The notes beneath the pieces are model-generated. The model saw only the letters and a program-made list of their open reading frames with translations. It was not told the DNA's origin and searched no databases. A DNA stretch of 14,205 bases from a virus (Duplodnaviria; Heunggongvirae; Uroviricota; Caudoviricetes), in the IMG/VR virus record IMGVR_UViG_2541047928_000015; one strand, given 5' to 3'. Numbering within the stretch: the stretch's first letter is position 1; every line of letters begins with the position of its first letter. Below, piece by piece: positions 1-4,210 of the stretch. A program made the position numbers and the translations under genes.

Positions 1-462
1 ATGACGGCGAAAACAGCACCGAAAGTCACGCTGTGGGAGTTCTTCCAGCAGTTAGGCAAAACCTTCATGTTACCCGTGGCATTATTGTCGTTCTGCGGCA
101 TTATGCTCGGCATTGGTAGTTCTCTTAGCAGCCATGATGTCATCACCCTGATCCCGGTCCTGGGCAACCCCGTGTTGCAGGCTATCTTTACCTGGATGAG
201 TAAGATTGGCTCGTTTGCTTTTAGTTTCCTGCCAGTCATGTTCTGTATCGCCATCCCGCTGGGTCTGGCACGCGAAAACAAAGGCGTAGCGGCATTCGCT
301 GGCTTCGTCGGTTATGCGGTAATGAACCTCGCGGTAAACTTCTGGTTGACCAATAAAGGCATTCTGCCAACCACGGACGCCGCAGTTCTGAAAGCCAATA
401 ATTCACAGGTGTTTTTTCCCATCCTGTGGTTTCCTTGGCGTTTTCTAGGTTTTTTCAGATAG
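1..462 (+). pseudogene. malX: PTS system EIICB component, glucose/maltose family (MalX-like), N-terminal ~135 codons only; frame then runs into unrelated sequence and stops after 18 more codons
   Basis: Translation MTAKTAPKVTLWEFFQQLGKTFMLPVALLSFCGIMLGIGSS... reads as the N-terminal membrane domain of a PTS EIIC protein and matches my recollection of E. coli MalX. An EIIC domain needs ~350 aa, so a 153-aa product is truncated. The C-terminal 18 residues (SQVFFPILWFPWRFLGFFR) are not transporter-like. Sequence character changes at about nt 406. Confidence 0.55.
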
Positions 463-810
463 TTGCATTTTTTAAAAAGCATCCTAAGTTCGATCTCAGT
501 GTCTATCTGGGGCCTATTTCTGTCCCATATATGCCCCAAAAAAACTCCTCAACAGATAAGTAGTTTTTTCATGGAGTTACGCGTAAAATCAATAACGGCT
601 GGAAATCATTCAATACTCGCACTATCGAAAAATTTACCAGCCAACCGCAGCACGTTCTTGCATAAGGCGTGTCTGCGGTTTTTCAACTATTCAGATACAT
701 CACTCCCATCACATTCATTCCTCCGCATCAAAGGCATATAGGCTATATCACCTTGATATTTTTCTTCTTCAGATAAAAACTGTTATCTATGTATACTTTT
801 AAACCCAATC

Positions 811-823
811 CGTGTAGAGTCTC
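811..823 (+). repeat. Direct repeat copy 1, CGTGTAGAGTCTC (extended imperfect match over ~21 bp, 801-823)
   Basis: Seen directly. Same 13-mer with one mismatch recurs at 1719-1731 in the same orientation; a gapped alignment of the extended 21-bp region gives about 17 of 21 matches. Confidence 0.4.
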
Positions 824-1002
824 TGCATAAGATAGTTTGCAGTTGCCACTTCAGCTTGCGCCATAAACCGCCTGATTTTTGCCGCCATCTGTTAGCATTC
901 CTGTATACCTGAAACGACAATGTTTATCTACGAACTTTAAGAACACCCAGGATAAAAATTGTCAACTATATCATATATAACACATTACTAATTCGAGGCT
1001 AT

Positions 1003-1116
1003 ATGAACAGCATACTGATAATCACTTCGCTCCTTATCATATTCAGCATTTTTAGTCATGCTCTAATAAAATTAGGGATTGGCATATCCAATAACCCAGA
1101 CAAAACCGATGTATAA
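1003..1116 (+). CDS. Hypothetical 37-aa hydrophobic peptide ([37 protein letters not shown]): one predicted TM helix plus polar C-tail
   Basis: ATG at 1003 preceded by GAGG (995-998); TAA at 1114-1116. Below the ORF-track size cut-off, so found by hand. AT-rich DNA yields Ile/Leu/Phe-rich ORFs by chance, hence low confidence. Confidence 0.3.
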
Positions 1117-1184
1117 GTCAACATATCCTGAATCAGACATACAATATCGCAATGAAAATCAATAATATTTTAAGGAATATATTC

Positions 1185-1418
1185 ATGAAATCAAAAGACA
1201 CCCTAAAGTGGTTCCCTGCGCAGCTTCCTGAAGTCAGAATTATCCTAGGGGATGCTGTAGTGGAAGTAGCAAAACAGGGAAGACCTATCAATACCAGAAC
1301 ATTGCTTGATTACATTGAAGGAAACATAAAGAAAAAATCATGGCTGGATAACAAAGAATTATTACAAACAGCGATATCAGTTCTTAAAGACAACCAAAAT
1401 TTAAATGGTAAAATGTAA
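1185..1418 (+). CDS. Hypothetical small protein, 77 aa from the SD-preceded ATG (88 aa if upstream ATG at 1152 is used)
   Basis: ORF track 1152..1418. The internal ATG at 1185 is preceded by AAGGAA at an 8-nt spacing, whereas the 1152 ATG has no SD. Very AT-rich coding sequence. I recognise no family. Confidence 0.45.
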   Translation: MKSKDTLKWFPAQLPEVRIILGDAVVEVAKQGRPINTRTLLDYIEGNIKKKSWLDNKELLQTAISVLKDNQNLNGKM

Positions 1419-1583
1419 TATAATAAACTTACTTTTTTATCATTTTTCCACTTTAACAACATTTTGCTCCACTTTTCCACGACCAAACAACTTGAAATCT
1501 GGTTAAAATAACACGCAACACTATTCTTCTTCCTTGAGTCCGCCCGGAACTCGAAAAACAAACCGAGTTAAAGCCATTTTTCA

Positions 1584-1597
1584 CAAAATCGATTTTG
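1584..1597. promoter_or_regulatory. 14-bp perfect palindrome CAAAATCGATTTTG, followed by a second dyad TTTTGG-GTCTCAC-CCAAAA (1594-1611); candidate operator or recombinase-binding site
   Basis: Seen directly in the 317-bp non-coding region upstream of the recombinase gene. The loop heptamer GTCTCAC recurs at 1724-1730 inside the direct-repeat copy 2. Confidence 0.3.
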
Positions 1598-1718
1598 GGT
1601 CTCACCAAAATTACGGGGTTGCATACGCATTCGTTTATTTTCGAACGTGTACATACAAACATGCACAAAAATAATCAAAATTATTTTCTGAGATGCATTA
1701 TGATATGAACACCAATTT

Positions 1719-1731
1719 CGTATAGAGTCTC
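1719..1731 (+). repeat. Direct repeat copy 2, CGTATAGAGTCTC, ending 3 nt before the recombinase start codon
   Basis: Seen directly; pairs with 811-823. Confidence 0.4.
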
Positions 1732-1734
1732 ACT

Positions 1735-2325
1735 ATGTCTCGAATTTTTGCTTACTGTCGGATATCAACGCTGGATCAGACCACCGAAAATCAACGCCGG
1801 GAAATCGAAAGTGCAGGTTTTAACATCAAATCTCAGCAAATAATCGAAGAACACATTAGCGGCTCAGCAGCAACCAGTGAGCGTCCTGGTTTTAACCGGT
1901 TGCTTGCTCGCCTGAAATGTGGTGATCAATTGATTGTGACAAAACTGGATCGCCTTGGTTGTAATGCAATGGATATCAGGAAAACAGTGGAACAACTGAC
2001 CGAAACAGGTATCAGAGTGCATTGCTTAGCATTGGGGGGCATTGACCTGACCAGTCCAACAGGAAAAATGATGATGCAAGTAATTTCAGCAGTCGCTGAA
2101 TTTGAACGAGACCTTTTACTTGAACGCACTCATTCCGGGATAGTAAGAGCCCGCGGCGCAGGGAAACGTTTTGGTCGACCACCTGTGTTAAATGAAGAAC
2201 AGAAACAGGTGGTATTCGAACGAATTAAGTCAGGTGTAAGTATAAGTGCCATTGCCCGGGAATTCAAAACCTCGCGGCAAACCATTTTAAGAGCCAAAGC
2301 AAAACTTCAGACACCTGACATATAA
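1735..2325 (+). CDS. Serine recombinase of the resolvase/invertase family (Pin/Hin/Gin-like), 196 aa
   Basis: N-terminal catalytic motif YCRISTLDQ (Ser10), DRLG motif, E..ER acidic patch, GRPP linker and C-terminal helix-turn-helix. Position beside the tail fibre genes is the classic Pin location in e14/Rac-type prophages. Only about one-third identity to Gin/PinE by eye, so invertase versus resolvase is unresolved. Confidence 0.9.
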   Translation: MSRIFAYCRISTLDQTTENQRREIESAGFNIKSQQIIEEHISGSAATSERPGFNRLLARLKCGDQLIVTKLDRLGCNAMDIRKTVEQLTETGIRVHCLALGGIDLTSPTGKMMMQVISAVAEFERDLLLERTHSGIVRARGAGKRFGRPPVLNEEQKQVVFERIKSGVSISAIAREFKTSRQTILRAKAKLQTPDI

Positions 2326-2422
2326 AAAATAATCTCGGTGTGAGATGCTTTACGTCTTCCAAGCCCCCTTCCTTGCCGTAAATGGAAAGATACATCTAAT
2401 TATAGAATTTATATGTTTTACC

Positions 2423-2542
2423 CTACGGCAGTGCTGGCCATTCAATATCCTGTGCAGTTGACGTATCAACACGGTTCAGCAATACCCGATACTTTTTCCA
2501 TGCTTCCAGCAACGAGATTTCTTCCTCCGTTGCATATACAGC
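2423..2542 (-). pseudogene. tfa: Fossil 3-prime end of tail fibre assembly gene tfa (last 39 codons, no start codon)
   Basis: Minus-strand translation [39 protein letters not shown]-stop is nearly identical to the lambda Tfa C-terminus as I recall it (...[34 protein letters not shown]...). It is preceded in frame by TGA at 2543-2545, and upstream sequence shows no Tfa similarity in any frame I read. Confidence 0.7.
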
Positions 2543-2552
2543 TCACCTTTTT

Positions 2553-2876
2553 TCACCCACGATTAACCAACAGCCAGACCAGCAGACACGCCACCACCGG
2601 CACAGCAAAATCTATCAGGCTTGCCACATCCCAAACACGCGGATCAAAACCGCCCCACCACGGCATGTTAATCCGCTTGCAATGCCCGAACATTTCAATC
2701 CAGCGATATTCTGCCTGGGTGTGTTCCCGCGCAATGAAGAATGTACAACCGGCTATCGCCCCGTAAGCCCAGTTTCCGGTAAAAAGACCAACCAGTACCT
2801 GCGCAGCCACAGCACAAAGCGCATGAAGAAAAGGTGTTATATCCATTTTCATCCTACCCAATAAAACGGGGCGCAT
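2553..2876 (-). CDS. Hypothetical small membrane protein, 107 aa, 2-3 predicted TM segments
   Basis: ORF track. Hydrophobic stretches ITPFLHALCAVAAQVLVGLFTG / AYGAIAGCTFFIA / VASLIDFAVPVVACLLVWLLV. Starts 12 nt downstream of the orf346 stop, so probably co-transcribed. No family recognised. Confidence 0.5.
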   Translation of the reverse strand: MRPVLLGRMKMDITPFLHALCAVAAQVLVGLFTGNWAYGAIAGCTFFIAREHTQAEYRWIEMFGHCKRINMPWWGGFDPRVWDVASLIDFAVPVVACLLVWLLVNRG

Positions 2877-2887
2877 AGCCCTTAATA

Positions 2888-3928
2888 TTATTTAGACGCA
2901 AGCGTCGCCTCAATTGCAGATAATCTTTGCCTTAATTCTGCGTTTTCTTCTTCCAGTACTGTTATTCTGTCGTCTGACTCTCTGGCTACCTGAACAAGCA
3001 AGCCAGTAACACCAGAATAATCTACTGTGTAATAACGTTCACCTTCTTCACCTTCCGATCCGCTTGCACCGTCCTGATATTTCATTGCGGAACCGACAAC
3101 TTCTGGGATTGCTTCCAGAGCTTCCTGTGCAATGACACCTGCATAGGGCATACCGTTTTCTTTAAGCGTGTATGTATAGCCGTTCATTTTACGGATGCGG
3201 TCGGTTGCATTATCGATCACCTGAATGTTGTCTTTCAGATCCCGGTCGGAATGCTGGTTAAATGCGGTGGCATGACATGCACCATTAACGCTTAACATAT
3301 AGGTGTTATCGGTATTTTTCTGCGCATAGAACATATACGCGCCACCATCAGCACCAACTTCATATACAACCGGACGGGTAGAGTTACCCCACAAACTAGT
3401 AGTAGCGCCAGAATGAGCGGTCCCCTGTGTGTTTAATGTCATGGTTGACCCATGATTGGCATATTTGATTTGTAATGTGTCTGTGCAGTCAAACTTAATA
3501 AGCGCGTTACTTCCCCGCACACCATACGACATGAGACAGTTCCCCATCTTAAGGTAACCATCACTGCCTGGAAAAATTAATGTTCCGCCGTAAAGATCGC
3601 TAAAATCCCAAAAGATACCTTTTGTTCCATTGTGTGTGACAATCCTTGTCATTGTATCTTTTGTACCGTCAATATTTTTTCTGGTGTACATCTCACTATA
3701 AGCGTTTTCGGTTTCTCCTGTCTTATTTGACAAGTGAATCTTACCGCTAAATATAGTTCCAGTGGTCGGCAATGCCTTTTGATCATAGATTACATTGCAA
3801 TAACTATTCCATGTTGTTTTATTGTCTACATATGATTTTGTTGCATAGCTTCCTTGATCAGTTTTTAGTTTACTAACATCGGATTTTAGCGTTTTGATGT
3901 CATCAGGAATTACTGTTTTTGTAACCAT
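2888..3928 (-). CDS. Tail fibre / tail spike-like protein with C-terminal intramolecular chaperone auto-processing domain (peptidase S74-like), 346 aa
   Basis: C-terminal ~120 aa (SDRDLKDNIQVIDNATDRIRKMNGYTYTLKENG ... ITVLEEENAELRQRLSAIEATLASK) has the hallmark S-D-x-x-L-K-x-N-I start and terminal coiled coil of the self-cleaving chaperone domain found in phage endosialidases and the T5 L-shaped fibre. GGAG SD 9 nt upstream of the ATG, lying inside the end of orf89. Lower GC than the J gene. Confidence 0.8.
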   Translation of the reverse strand: MVTKTVIPDDIKTLKSDVSKLKTDQGSYATKSYVDNKTTWNSYCNVIYDQKALPTTGTIFSGKIHLSNKTGETENAYSEMYTRKNIDGTKDTMTRIVTHNGTKGIFWDFSDLYGGTLIFPGSDGYLKMGNCLMSYGVRGSNALIKFDCTDTLQIKYANHGSTMTLNTQGTAHSGATTSLWGNSTRPVVYEVGADGGAYMFYAQKNTDNTYMLSVNGACHATAFNQHSDRDLKDNIQVIDNATDRIRKMNGYTYTLKENGMPYAGVIAQEALEAIPEVVGSAMKYQDGASGSEGEEGERYYTVDYSGVTGLLVQVARESDDRITVLEEENAELRQRLSAIEATLASK

Positions 3929-3940
3929 TGTCTTACTCCA

Positions 3941-4210
3941 TTAAGCCCATGTCCTTACATGCTGATCTGTCGTAATGAAAGGCATTAAAGAAGATATGTT
4001 TTTACTGCTATCAACAATCCTCATGTTTACGAAAAAACCACCGCGATCAATGCCTGTACATCTTTCGTTTTCTGGCTCCTCGTAATCGATAATGCAGCCA
4101 ATAACATCAACAAGAACCCCGTTTTCTTCTTCAAGACTGAACAGGCCACTGTCATATACAATTGCGTTAAACTGTTCTCTGTTATCGAATCGTAATGTTA
4201 TATCTCGCAT
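3941..4210 (-). CDS. Hypothetical acidic 89-aa protein, translationally coupled to the side tail fibre gene (possible fibre adaptor or assembly factor)
   Basis: ATG overlaps the stf stop (TAATG on the minus strand at 4212-4208). No family recognised. Confidence 0.6.
   Translation of the reverse strand: MRDITLRFDNREQFNAIVYDSGLFSLEEENGVLVDVIGCIIDYEEPENERCTGIDRGGFFVNMRIVDSSKNISSLMPFITTDQHVRTWA

Noticed and set aside
312-539. 75-aa minus-strand ORF
   Set aside because: Antisense to the PTS gene fragment, with no SD and no recognisable product.
463-741. 92-aa plus-strand ORF immediately after the PTS stop
   Set aside because: Begins at a non-ATG codon directly after the stop, has no SD, and has junk-like composition. 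Probably non-coding junction DNA, though a short gene from the internal ATG at 571 cannot be excluded.
799-888. 29-aa minus-strand ORF (MAAKIRRFMAQAEVATANYLMQRLYTDWV)
   Set aside because: Too short, no SD, and it overlaps repeat copy 1. No basis to call it a gene.
1310-1668. Minus-strand ORFs 1310-1561 and 1453-1668
   Set aside because: They overlap each other and the better-supported plus-strand 77-aa ORF. Low-complexity Cys/Phe-rich translations with no SD, in AT-rich DNA.
1926-2129. 67-aa minus-strand ORF inside the recombinase gene
   Set aside because: Antisense shadow ORF within a confidently assigned gene.
2326-2422. Candidate Hin/Gin-type crossover site between the recombinase stop and the tfa fossil (TTCCTTGCCGTAAATGGAAAGA region)
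   Set aside because: Only the first five bases resemble a gix half-site. There is no AAACC-NN-GGTTT core, no convincing dyad symmetry, and I found no inverted partner in the window.
2413-2864. Plus-strand ORFs 2413-2766 and 2682-2864
   Set aside because: Antisense to orf107 and to the tfa fossil, with no SD and junk-like translations.
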